The translations under genes were made by a program, and so were the position numbers. A model generated the notes under the pieces. The model saw only the letters and a program-made list of their open reading frames with translations. It did not search any database and was not told the origin of the DNA. A DNA stretch of 64,000 nt. Source: the human T2T-CHM13v2.0 reference genome, Homo sapiens. Position 1 is the first letter of the stretch; each line of letters opens with the position of its first letter. The stretch lies in NCBI RefSeq assembly GCF_009914755.1, contig NC_060933.1; one strand, 5' to 3'. Shown in pieces: positions 52,067 to 64,000 of the stretch.

Positions 52067-52147
52067 TTAGGTTGCTGCAGAAGTAATTGTGGTTTTTGCC
52101 ATTTAAAAGTAATGTTGAAAACCGCAATTACTTGTGCATCAGTCTAA
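52067..52147. mobile_element. MADE1 (Hsmar1-derived mariner MITE)
   Basis: TA|TTAGGTTGCTGCAGAAGTAATTGTGGTTTTTGCCATT...AATGTTGAAAACCGCAATTACTTGTGCATCAGTCTAA|TA; 81-bp near-palindrome with TA TSD. Confidence 0.92.
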
Positions 52148-52742
52148 TAATATCCCAAAAGTCTAAGAACCTTGCCACTGGCACACTCTGCTTCTCTGAA
52201 CCAGCACCTGGTTTCCTCTGAACCAAATTCTCAGGATTCTCCACCCCACCCATTACCTGGTCCCATCACGATCCAATCCACAAGGAGCTGAAGGCCAGTG
52301 ATTTTCCTATGGGTTAGCCTTCCAAGAGACTCAGCAAAGGACATGCCGTTGGCAGATAAATCTCTGCATTTAGAGCAGCAATAAAGGGGGCTTTGATATG
52401 TAGTGTCTGTGACTGATAAAAGAAAAATACTACAGGAGACAAAATCAGAAACCAGACCAACATTTCAGCTTCCCTCACTCCCACCCTAACTCAGCATCAG
52501 ATTTTTCCCCATGTGTGAATACCACTACTTCTTATATACATTCCTATTGCTGTGAGACACTGCCAATGCCTCCTTCTCCACTTTCACCACCTCTACTCCA
52601 TCTCCCAAATTCCTTCAGAAATCTCCCTGGAAAATGTAAACCAGATCATTTTATCCTCTTACATAAAATCTGCCAGGGTCTGCTTGGGACTCCCAGGACA
52701 CTTTCAATTCTCCATTGCCTAGTATACAAGACCCTTCCTGAT

Positions 52743-53167
52743 TGTCTTAGTTTGCTGTATATTGCTTCAGAGGAATACCTGAGGCTGAGTAATTTACAAA
52801 GGAAAGAGATTTATTTGGCTCATGGTTCTACAGACAGTACAAGAAGCCTGGCACCAGTGTCTGCTTCTGGGGAGGGACTCAAACTGCTTCCCCTCATGCT
52901 TGGAAGGGGAAGAGGAGCCAGCATATGCAGAAATCACATGGCAAGAGAAGAAGCAAGAGAGAGAGTGGGGAGACGATAGAGTCTTTTTAACCACCGACTC
53001 TCACCGGAATTAGTAGAGTAAGAACTCACTACCATGAGAATGACACCAAGCCATTCTTAAGGGATCTGCCCCCATGACACAAACACCTTCCACTAGGCTC
53101 CACCCCCAACATTGGGGATCACATTTCAATGTGACATTTGGAGGGGACAAATATCCAAACTATAGCA
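52743..53167 (-). mobile_element. MSTB-like ERVL-MaLR solo LTR
   Basis: TG...CA termini; GAATACCTGAGGCTGAGTAATTTA...TTTGGCTCATGGTTCT...CACCAAGCCATTC...ATTTGGAGGGGACAAATATCCAAACTATAGCA; near-TSD CTGAT/CAGAT. Confidence 0.9.
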
Positions 53168-56100
53168 CAGATGTAGCCATTGCTGTCCCCTCCAGCTTCA
53201 TCTTCCTCAACCTTGCAAGTGAGGGCTTGTAATGTCTCTTCTCATGCTTCTATGCTTCTGGGCTTTCTGGAGCTTCTGCCATTTTCTCTATTTCCCACAC
53301 TTGGTTCAATATCAAACCAAGGTTTATTCTTTATGTGAAAACCTCAGTGGCTTCTGACCCTCCTTCAGCTGGGTGTCATTGCTGTATGCTCTCATTATAT
53401 TTAACACCCACCCACTCTATCATAACACATATAATAACAGGAAGTAAGAGACTAATGGCTAAGGATATGGTCGGTAGCATCCAACAGACTAGGGGTTGTG
53501 TCCCCCCTCTGACACTTTTCCAAGTGGAGGGACCTTGGAAAAGTGGTGTCAGCCCTCTTAGCCTTGGTTCCATCACCTATAAGTTGGGGATACTCTAGGG
53601 CTTTTGAAAAGCTTCAAAAATATAACAAAAATACTTCAACAGTTCCAGTGTGTAGTAAACTTTCCCAAATGGTAGTGTTATTAATGTTATCATATTATGT
53701 TGTGATCTTTCATTTATTCGTCTCACTTTCTTCATAAAACTTCTAATACCTTGATAATGAAAATCATGCTTTTTTTCATTGTCTGTAGGCAAAGTTTCTG
53801 GCTTAAACATGGTATTTAATAGAATCTCAGTAAGTGTTGTTGATGAATGAAAGCAGAAAAGAATGAATGAATGATATGTGGAAAGGAAAGAAATTAGAAA
53901 GGAAGAAAGGAAGGAAAGAATGAAAGCAGGGAAAAAGAAAGGAAAAAATGGAGGTAAGGAAAGAATGACTCATTCAATAACTAAATAAAGGAATGATCAA
54001 TTTTCAATTAGTCTTTGATTGATGCTATTATGTTACATGTCAGGCTTCCATACAAAATCTGTTATTTTGGAAACTAATCATTCAAGATTCCAAGAATTTA
54101 ATAAACTCTCCCAGCATTTTCTTTCTGTGTCTCTTTTTATAGACTGGAGAGGCAGATTTAGGTATTTTTGACAATGAAACTAAGCAGGAGGATCAAGTCC
54201 AGATTGTTAGGGCCCTTGGGATAAAGAACAAAATTCAGGTTTTTGTACTGGTCACAGCTTGGAGAAAGCTTGTTATTTGGAACAAGGATATGGATGCAAT
54301 AAACATTCTGAGGTTTATCTTGCTTTAATGACTTGCCTTAAGTGGCTTTGATCTTTATATTTGATAATCATTTTCAAATGGTCTGGTGTGTTCTGAAAAT
54401 TAAGTAGCGGTTCATGGACTTGAGAACCTCCTTGGGAATGACAAGCTACAATCAGAATTTGGAAATGGGCAATGTTACAGAATTTGCTCTATGAGATGGA
54501 GAAACAGGACAACCTCCTGTGAAGAAGGTAAACACATTAATCCAGTGTTGGGAACCAGGTTTGGCTGGTGGAGCGGGAACCCAACAGGCACTGGGAGCTA
54601 AGGCCAGTTTTCTTTCAATCCATGAACTAGCTTAAAACAGAATTCTGCATCTCGAGGGTTTTTCATGAGTTGGGTACTCTTCTAGGCATTTCCTTGTGCA
54701 TTACCTCCTTGAATTTTTGTATCCTCCTTTCTTGGTTGAATTTTCTAATTCCCATTTCACATGTGAGGAAATTGAGATACCAAGTGACAGGGTCAGTTGT
54801 CCAAGATCACAGAGCCACTTTGTGGAAGAAGGAGGATTTGAACGCCAGTTTGTCTCTCTCTTAAAATCACCCTCTGTTGCCTTTTATTCTAACCTGAAAG
54901 AACTGTTTCCAGTCTCTAGGTTGCTTAAAAGTGGCCCACTCTTGGCCAGTGTTCAGCTCACACAAACCTTCCTCCAGTTGAGGGCATCTACGCATGGCCA
55001 GTACCATCTCTGTGACCAGCCGCACCCATCAAGAGCCCAGGAAGCATGACTCTGGCGTGACATTGCTTAAAGATCTCCTCAGCTATCACTTCTGCATAGG
55101 GGAAGTCCACTGAAGAGTGACCTGCTTTGAGTGGGAATAGAAATTGAGAGTCCTCAGTCTTGATCTGGGCTCACTGTAAGCTGTACCATTGAAACGGGAA
55201 GGCCAGTGTATTATGCTTCTACAGGTGAAAACAGGCCTTCTCACACTTTTTTCCCATGATTTTATTTAACGGATTTGTTGTTGTTGCTGTTGTTGTTTTG
55301 CATTTTGAATGTGGTTCCCTTTTGCTTCTCTCTCAATAAAACAGGCCCTGACAGCCCTCTCATTCAGATTATTACAGAGTTGTGCCATCTCAGGCCAGTG
55401 CATTTAGGAAATATTTTGTTGGCACTTACCAACGAGTGAGATGCATAAAGAAAATATTCTAATGACAGTTGAGTTGAGAGAGCTTTGATCTCCCTCCAGA
55501 ACTGCACTCATGGCTTTGAAATGCAGTTCTGGCAAAGGGGTAAAGTCTGGGCGCCTTGGCAATCAGGGCTGGGCTCCCTGAAATAGACATTCCAGGGGAC
55601 CCGCAATCTCAATAGTGGGATCCAGGTGCATGGGTTGTGTAGGAAGACAAGAGACACTGAGTTACCACTCTTGAGAGGCGGCTCAGGGGAAAGTTTCTAA
55701 ATCAGGAGGGACATTTCAATCTAGCCAACATTTTCCAAACTTTGTTGTTTGTACTGCTGTTTGGTTTTTGGCAAAGGTGGAAGTGTGTAAGGGGAGGGGT
55801 GTGGAGGAGGAATTATGGTCACATATTTTTGGGTACACTTCCTGTGCTATCTGTCTTACTCTTATTTTGCATATTTGAGGCTCCAAAAATTCTTGCAATT
55901 AAAAAAATATGTATTTAACCTTGTTTAACAGACCATGTCCCAAATCCATTTGACTCAGCGACATTTTTCTTTAAATATTCATCATTTTCTTACAAATTTA
56001 GCCCTCTGTAGACCATGATCTGGAAGACATTGATCTATTTCACAACCTCACTGAACAGGTACGGACCCTGAGCTGCAGAACAACCAGCAGAGTATAGTGA

Positions 56101-57477
56101 GAAGTGGTCAGATATTCAGGCAATGCAGGTTCCCACACCCAGGTGTCCAGCTGAGGGAGAGAATGGAGGCTGCCATCCTTCCCATGATTTGTTCTCTAAA
56201 CTTTGCAGGGAACTGTGTCCACCTGAAGGAAGAAATGACTTTACTTATGATACAAAATTGCTGCTATACACAAGTGACATGTACACAGGTTAGAGCAGAG
56301 AGGTTTGTTGGCAGGCTTTTCTACAACCTGTATTAGATATATGACCTTGGGCAAGTAATTCCCTTTCCTTGAGCTCTGGCCTTGCTCATCCTGTTTTGAA
56401 ACTATGTAATTTGAGAGAGAGGTGCTCAGTAGCTGCCCATCGGTGGTGGTTCTCTCTTGAAGGATACTTTTAAGTGATACGGAGATAATAAAGATTTGGT
56501 CCCAACTGCCAGAAGCTCATTACCTGATGGAAAAGACAGATGCTCACACAGTGAATATAACCCAAAGCAGATTGATAAGTACTGGAATTAAAAGTAGGGG
56601 GCACAGAGGAAGGAGGACTCATTTTCAGATAGAGGTGATGATGATGATTTGAGTGTTGTTAATAATTTTTGTTTTGCTAACAATAATGCAGTAAAAGGAG
56701 CCTATCCTAATCAGTGATGCCTTCTCTGTGCCAGTCACCATGCTAGGCACTTAACCCGTGTTGCCTCTAATCCTTATGATGCCCCTGACAGGTGGTCATC
56801 ATCATCCCTACTCTACAGATGAGAGTGGTCATAAGAGGATACATGGAGTGCATCACATGTAAGCTGGACTTTGCAGGGTTCATAAGATTTAAAGGGCCAA
56901 TCATCAGGAAGAAAGATTGCAAGGCAGAGGAGGGAAACTAATGGGCATTCTTAAGGGTTGGGCATAACTGGGGAAAACTAGAGGTTCTCAGAATAAGAAA
57001 ACCAAGAGAACTTGAGCGGTTGAGGTTGTAGAAGGAAGAAGGCTGGGTAATGAGGAAGAGACACTGAAAGCTGAGACTGGGAGAGCCACGCAGAGGCAGA
57101 CTGTCAGTTTAGGTTCTTTCCCAGCAGGAGAAAATAGGAGACCAGGATATGGGGGGCTCACATTTTCTAGTTATGTGCTGGGACTGTGCTGAGCTGTCTT
57201 ATTTAATCCTGTTGGGATCCGCATGAGCTAATTGATACTCAGAGACTTAAACCTACTTGTCCACAGATATAGGTCTATCTGTCCAATTCTGAGTAGCAAA
57301 GCTTCTACGCAGATTAAGCCACACAGATTAAGCTACAGATTAATACACACACAGCTTAATCTACAGACTAATACATGCACAGAGTTGGACAGACAACTTG
57401 CCCATAGATATAGGTCTATCTGTCCAACTCTGCGTGAGTCTGGGATTTTGATTGATTTTTCTGGGAAGTGAGTAATG

Positions 57478-57786
57478 TTTGTTTGCTTTTGGTTTTGTTT
57501 TAAGAGATGGCCTATTGCTCTATTGCCCAAGTGGGAGTACAGTGGTACAATCATAGCTCACTGCAGCCTTGAACTCCTGGGCCCAAGCAATCCTCCTGTC
57601 TCGGCCTCCGAAGTACTGGGACTACAGGCATGTGCCACCATGCCCAGCTAAAGTTTTTGAATTTTTTGTAAAGATGGGATCTCCCTGTGTTGCCCAAGCT
57701 GATCTCAAACTCCTGGCCTCAAGCATTCCTGCCGCCTTGGCTGCCCAAAGTGCTGGGATTACAAGCATGAGCCACCATGCCCAGCC
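57478..57786 (-). mobile_element. AluJ, antisense
   Basis: CAATCATAGCTCACTGCAGCCTTGAACTCCTGGG..CAAGCAATCCTCC (J-type) through GAGCCACCATGCCCAGCC. Confidence 0.93.
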
Positions 57787-58754
57787 CTGACATTTTAAAG
57801 TACATTTGACCAATTTACGATGTATACACAGGGACAGCCTTCCCAAAAATTGCAAAATGTAAGTCACATGGCCATTTTCCTTCTCTCACCTTCACTATCC
57901 CTAGACAGTAATGTTCCTTCTAAATTTGACCTCCTGTGCTTTCTCTTCTATCTTGTTGACAAAAGTGAAAAAAAAAAATCCTTTCAAGGCATAGGGGTAG
58001 GGAGGTAAATACCCACATGGACTCCTGTCCCAAAGATTTTCCCCCTGATATATTTGAGAGACACTCAGCCTGGCTCTGTATTAGTGGGAATACCTCGGGC
58101 AGCAAAAGGAAAACTTTCATCCACAGAGCTGTGTTGTTGCTTTTTTTTTTTTTCCCCCCTTTGGGTGGGTTCCCCTAGGAGAGGTGGGGAAGAGAGAGGC
58201 CTGGATTGCTGCTGTGGAGTCTTCCCCCTTAGGGAAATGGAGGCTTCCCAAAGTATGAAAAAAAAAATCACATACAAGCCATGAAGAGGCTCCCACATCC
58301 CACTTCTCTGCTTTGGGCTAGGATGAATACCACTTCTTGAAAAGATTGGCTTCTGCAATTACCACTGAATAAACAACCAATTAAAATGTCTCCCCTGCCC
58401 CTACCCCACCCTTTTTCTCTCTTGAAGCTTTCTCATCTCAGAGCTATGGGGCAGAGGTGGCTTTCTCTAATAACATTTGTGTTCTCTGCCTGAGAGAACA
58501 TTTGATGGAAATGAACAAATCAATTAGAAAATAATAAATTATGTGGAAAGGGCTGATCCAAGAAAATCTCAGCTCCTCTGTGTTTTCATTCTCCTCCCAT
58601 GCATTGTTTCTCTTTTCACTCTGGGCCTGGGTGAGCTTGGAAATGAGGGTGAGGTTGTGGGAAGGGTTGGACACATCTAGATTTGTACTTGGCCTTGTCT
58701 CCAGTTGTGTGATCTCTGAACCCCTCTTCCTTCATCTGTATGATGGCGATAAGT

Positions 58755-59020
58755 GATAAGAATAGCTAAACATGCACTGAGGCTTTCTACATGCCAGGCA
58801 TTATTCTAAGCCCTTTACACTCTCTTTATTACTACCTTAACCCTCTGAACAGCTGTATGGGGTAGGTAGTATTATCACCCTCATTCTTTATATAAAGAAA
58901 CTGAGGTGCAGGAAGTTAAGTACATTGCCCAGGGTGGCCCAGACATAAAGTGGAAAAGCTGGATTCAAAACCTAGGGCTGTAGCTTAAGAATGAGCCATC
59001 TCACCCACTCTGTTGCATTG
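58755..59020 (-). mobile_element. MIR SINE
   Basis: AATAGCTAAACATGCACTGAG...ATGCCAGGCATTATTCTAAG...GTAGGTAGTATTATCACCCTCATT...GAAACTGAGG...GTTAAGTACATTGCCCAGG. Confidence 0.82.
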
Positions 59021-59599
59021 CTTCAACTACCAAACAGGGATGAGACATGTGTACCTAGCACAGGGTCTGGCATACAGCAAATGCTTAATAAATGTTGGCT
59101 GTCTCCTTCCTCGTTCTCTTCCCTGACGACAGAGCAGACTGATTAGAATTCCTCATGAGATTTCCAGCCTAAGAAGTTGAATGTGGGTTCTTGGGGAAGA
59201 GAAGGGCTCAGCAGCGAGATTTCAGGTCAATATCTGAGTTTGTGTGGCTATTCTTGGAATTAGTCAGCTACACCTAGACATAAATGTAAGCTCTCCTGGG
59301 CCCACCTATCTCCAACTCATGTTTTTTGTGAAAACATGTACAAATTATGGTCACAGGAATGTTTGGTTTTGTGAGCTTGGGGCTTTCTGTGACATGGGCG
59401 GCCTTGACACGCTAGATCTCAGACGTATCCTATTCACAGCAGGGTAGAGGTGTAGGTTTTCCACCCATAGAAATGATCTGTGGAGCATCAGGCAGCTGTT
59501 ACTAATTTCAATGTATTGATAAGGAAACTGAGGCCCCATTAGTCAGGAATTATTGAATTTGAGACTGAGAGTTAAATATTTTTACTCTTACTTTCCCTA

Positions 59600-60135
59600 A
59601 TTTAATTCAATTCCATCAAAATCTACTGAGGGCTCACCAGGTATCAAGCTTTGTGCGGAGAACTGGGTAAACAGAGATTAATAAGGCACCTCGCCTTCCC
59701 CCAGGTGGCCACAAGTGTGTATTATGTAATAGAAAGAGGAAGCAATTTATTGAAATGGCAAATGAGAGACAGTGCTCTGCTAGTAGGAGGTGGACGAGTA
59801 TGGAGATGTTAAAAGGGGTGCAGGTGAGGAGAGCATCAGGGAAGTCTTCCTGGAGGAGGGATACCAGAACAGACTTTGGATTTGTTCATTAGAGAACAAA
59901 ATGCTGATCAGAGTCCCAGCAGAGGAAACAGCATGAATAAAATTGCCAATGGGATAATGCACCGTACAGGGTACAGAGATGTTTTCTGTATGCAGTGGGG
60001 TGCTCAAGAAAGGTTGTAGAGATAGATGAGGCTAAGGAGTAGGTTGTGTCTTGGAGGCTATATTGGGAACTTGAACTTTGTCTTTCATACATGGGGAGAC
60101 CCTTTATTATTCTAAGAGGGGAAGAGCAGGAAACC
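59600..60135 (-). mobile_element. L2 LINE fragment
   Basis: CATCAAAATCTACTGAGGGCTCACC...CATCAGGGAAGTCTTCCTGGAGGAGG...CCAGCAGAGGAAACAGCATG. Confidence 0.6.
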
Positions 60136-60525
60136 ATCACTAATGTGTGCTACTGGCTGGGCTCTGTGAGAACTCCTTGGGAGAGACAGCATTAAGAAAA
60201 AGGAAAACATTGCTAAGTAGCAACTTGAACTTAGTAAGGTATGAAGAAGGTTCTCTAAGCCTCTGGAGATAACGATACTACCTACCTCTGTGTTCATAAG
60301 AAGCCTAACAACTTTGGCAAGTCTCTAAAACTCTCGAGAACTTAATTTTATGATCTGTAAAATGGAATCATCTTACTTATAATATTATTGGGGGAATTCA
60401 ATAAGGTAGTATTTTTAAAGTGCTTAGCAAAATGCCTGGCACTCATAGTAGCTCTAAATTATTTGGAGAGGGCCTGTTATCTTTTTGGGGGCATGATAAC
60501 AGCCAAGGTTCTTTTTCTGTTTCAG

Positions 60526-60671
60526 AGCCTACTTGGATGTTAATGAGCTGAAGAACATTCTTAAATTGGATGGATCAACACATCTCAATATTTTCTTTGC
60601 AAAATCCTCAGAGGAGGAGTTGGCAGGAGTAGCAACTTGGCCATGGGACAAGGAGGCCCTGATGCACTTAG
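60526..60671 (+). CDS. PAPPA: Pappalysin-1 coding exon 3 (metzincin catalytic domain, before the zinc-binding motif)
   Basis: Acceptor TTCTTTTTCTGTTTCAG|A, translating (R)[48 protein letters not shown](G); donor TTAG|GTGAGT at 60672; 146 nt; absent from the ORF track. Confidence 0.97.
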
Positions 60672-61894
60672 GTGAGTCTTAGAAACTCCTTCAGGAGGCA
60701 ACTAGAGTAGGACAGTAATACACTTAGTGCGATGATGATCATTGTTACGATCATGATGGTGGTGGTGGTAGTTGTGAGGGTGAACAACCGATTTATTTAT
60801 CACTTTTTAATTTACAAAATTCTTTAGCATCCTTTATCTCATTTTGACCACCAAGCAATTTTCTGAAGGAAATAGCACCATATTATTAACCATGTTTTAT
60901 CAATGGGGAAATGAGACCCAGAGAGGAAATGGGGCTTATCCAACATCACACGCAAGACAGTGACAGTCACAATTGGAATTTAAGTTTCCAACACTGCCCA
61001 TTGTTTGCTTTCTCCTTATACCCTCTGTCTCCTAGTTCCTGCAAATATCTTCTCAGTCTGGTAACCACACTGTACTGGCACAGCCAGTCATGGGTTGGCT
61101 TAAAAGACACCAAAGAGGCAAGAAAAAGTGAGTTTGCAAGAACTCTGTGTTCCTCCATGTTCCACCCACCAACACCAACAGGAACTCTTCTTACATTCAA
61201 ATTATACATATCCATAAACAAGACATAAGTTTGTACAAACCAATCACCAAAAGTTAGACATGACAACAGTTTCTGAACCAGGCCCTGTAAGCAAACATTG
61301 CAGTTCTTTAATTTTATTTTTTCCATGCTCTCTTCCAGGACACATCTATATGTAAACATGCATTTTTTTAACTGTACATTTTTAAAATCATAGCATAGAT
61401 GAAATTCTGTGTTCTTTTTTCACTTAATATTATGCTATCTACTTTTTTTTCCATGTCGCAGAAGTCTTATCCTTAACTTCCCACCCATATTTTTTTCACT
61501 TAATCACAAAAGAAAAGCACCCTTGTGGGTTATTTTCCCCTCTCTAAAGCCAAGATTTTTAATAGCCACATAATATTCCCTTGAACAAGGGCACTGCCAT
61601 TTATTTAATCATTTTCCGTTTGGTAGAATGTTCCCATTATTTACAAGAATGAATCGTGATGACTCAGTGAACATCTTTATCTGAGAATGTTCAGGCTCAG
61701 CAGTGACAGTGCTGGATGTATCCTCAGGCCTGCCTGGTCTCCTGGTGAAACAGAGTCCAGTAGCTTCTCCATTGCTATTCTGTCTTGGAAATGAGAGATT
61801 TAAATAATGCAAGTTTTGCTCAATGAAACCATAGACTTAGTTCCCTCCAGACGACTCTCATTTCTCAATTGTTTTTTAGAGAATGAAACCAATT

Positions 61895-61932
61895 TGTGTG
61901 TGTGTGTGTGTGCGTGTGTGTGCATGTGTGTG
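61895..61932. repeat. (TG)n microsatellite, interrupted
   Basis: Directly visible. Confidence 0.9.
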
Positions 61933-61967
61933 GTTGTATAAATAAAGATAGATACAAAGATAAATAT

Positions 61968-62167
61968 CTACTTGTTCTCAGCTGGGAGGATTTTATGCCC
62001 CAGGAGACATTTGGCAATATCTAGAGATGTTTTTGCTTCTTACAAATGGGGGAATGCTACTGGCATCTAGTGGGTAGAAGCCAGTGATGCTGCTACATGT
62101 CCACAATGTCCACTACAAAGAATTATACAGACTAAAAAGTCAATAGTGCTGAGGTTGAGAAATCCTG
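61968..62167 (+). mobile_element. MER20 (hAT-Charlie MITE)
   Basis: GTTCTCA...CCCCAGGAGACATTTGGCAATATCTAGAGA...GCTACTGGCATCTAGTGGGTAGAAGCCAGTGATGCTGCTA...GTCAATAGTGCTGAGGTTGAGAAATCCTG. Confidence 0.9.
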
Positions 62168-63782
62168 AGACATATGGTGTATGGGTAGATAGATTGGCAG
62201 ATAGACAGACACAGACAGGTGGGGTTGGGCAGAAGAGAGCGTGCAGCTTAGGCAAACTTGAAGATGATCAGCTTATATCACATGCCTAGTATGATATATG
62301 GGAGTAATGCTAGACTAGAGCCAAAATTCGTGTTTGTTCTCAGCTGTGACTTTACTTAGCAGTATGGCCTTAGGCAATTCTCTTTCCTTCCTCAGGTCTC
62401 AATGTCCTTCAATATTAAATAAGCAGGTCCTAGGAGGCCAGAAGACCCTAAGGATCCTTCTCAGTTCTGAAATTCTGTCCTATTAGAAAAGCAACTGAAA
62501 GGGCCATGATCAGAGTCTGAGAAGGATTGAGTAGCAGGCTTCTACTGTTAGAAAAAACTACTCCTGATAATTCCATAAATTTCAGAGTCTGGCTCAGGGC
62601 CAGGAATAAGGGAGGCTATAAATCCATAGCATGTTATAGTATTTCAGGATGATGTCAGGCTCAAGCTATTTCACCTTTTAAGAGAAGCAATGAAACAGGA
62701 CTGGGGCCCAAGTGCTGTCACTCTGTGAAAAGGGGTGAGTTGGGAGGGGATGAGGTAAAGCAAACAGGGCTAGCCTAGACATTAAGTCTGCAATCCAATC
62801 ATCATCCCTGGAATGGTCCTGTCCTCTCATTACCTCAATAATGAAGCTTCATGGAGAGACAGAGAATCATTGGCATTATTGTAGCTGCTTATTTTAGAGC
62901 TCACCAGAGATGCAAAGTCCATTTTCCACAGTCACAAGGCCAGTGTGAAGCAGAACAAGGATTGCAACCTATGTCAGCTAACTCCAGCTGGACTCCAGGC
63001 TGCCCTCTCCCCATCCCAAGAGATGCTGCTCATGAGTAATTCCTCTGCAGTAGCCCCAATCAAACCCAATTTATTACAACCATATTTTTCCCCTCTTTTT
63101 CTGCTATTACACCATGATCCCTGGAAAAAGCCTTGGGTGGGAAGCGGATTATGTTTCATGTTATGATTGACAGAAAATAATTGAGAAAGATTTCCTGTCT
63201 CAATTTCTCTTCCTCCCTGCCTCTGCCTGCCCCCTTCTCATACCCAAGTGAATGTGCACACCCGCACACTCACATGCCCTCTCACACATCTTTATCTTTG
63301 TGTTAGAAAGCTCTAAGCAATTCAAAATTGCTCAGAAATTCAATCTCTGAAATTAAGTCCTCCAGTGACCCTAACACGGAGACAGAGTCCTTCTTCAAAA
63401 TCAGAGACCTCTGCATAGACTCTATGAGTCCCTTGACTGAGCAAGCACACCATTCCAGAGGTTCAGTCTAAGATAAAACCCTCCATGCCCATGTGGGGCT
63501 TGCCAGCTCAAATCAACAAGACCCTACCTCCTCACCATTCTTTTAGAAGATGCTGCTCTACACCTAAAGTACCTACTTTCAAGGTTCACAGACCTGAGTT
63601 TTAACCTTCCCTTAAACATTTTAAAATTTTAAAGTTTAATTATCTCTCTGGCAGCCTGTATGCATCTTTCCAATGCCTAAAATGAACACAGCACAAATAC
63701 TACCCATAAATTCTGCTGAGATCTGTTCTGTCTATCTGCCCAAGCCAAGCAATTCTCAATCTTCTGAGGCATGTGATATAGA

Positions 63783-63930
63783 CCATTGCTTCTCAAACCA
63801 GAATATACAGACAAGTCATTCAAGGCTCATTTTAAAATACAGATTGTGCTTCTGTAGGTCTGGGGTGAGGCCCGAGATTCTGCATTTCTACTAAGCTCTC
63901 AGGTGATGATCATGCTGCTTGTCCTCAAGT
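63783..63930. mobile_element. MER5A/B-like hAT MITE
   Basis: GTAGGTCTGGGGTGAGGCCCGAGATTCTGCATTTCTACTAAGCTCTCAGGTGATG. Confidence 0.75.
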
Positions 63931-64000
63931 GATGTACTTGATGTATGGAGGTGCTATTCTAGTTCTCACACTAGATTAGTTAAACCTCACAAACTTCTTT

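Noticed and set aside
53860-53970. GGAA-rich tract as an EWS-FLI1-type microsatellite enhancer
   Set aside because: No run of more than two consecutive GGAA units; looks like a degenerate L2-tail purine tract
57300-57380. CRISPR-like or prokaryotic-style repeat array (also considered for 16850-18234)
   Set aside because: Mammalian intron; units are irregular, lack constant-length unique spacers and have no associated genes

Overview
Human/primate genomic DNA containing the 5' part of PAPPA (pregnancy-associated plasma protein A, pappalysin-1) on the + strand. It has about 6.8 kb of upstream sequence, a TATA box (6815-6820) next to a CpG island, and coding exons 1 (7225-7639), 2 (40228-41290) and 3 (60526-60671). 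All three splice in frame via GT-AG introns of about 32.6 kb and 19.2 kb. They encode the signal peptide, propeptide, LamG-like domain and the start of the metzincin domain with LNR1/LNR2; the zinc-binding motif lies beyond the window. The rest is intronic or intergenic DNA rich in old repeats (MIR, L2, hAT/Tigger/mariner MITEs, MaLR/ERVL LTRs, L1M ends), with four Alus and several microsatellites. Nearly all other ORF-track entries look like chance or repeat-derived ORFs. I found no convincing new gene or system. The best leads are regulatory or structural: a stop-free in-frame 5' leader with a strong-context CUG, a minimal uORF and a G4; a tandem exon 1 donor giving an NMD product; an intron 1 NF-kB/TCF/CRE cluster; two MER20s; a MADE1 hairpin; and several unexplained local duplications, palindromes and a template-switch-like scar. 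Repeat names and boundaries come from recalled consensus sequences and are approximate.
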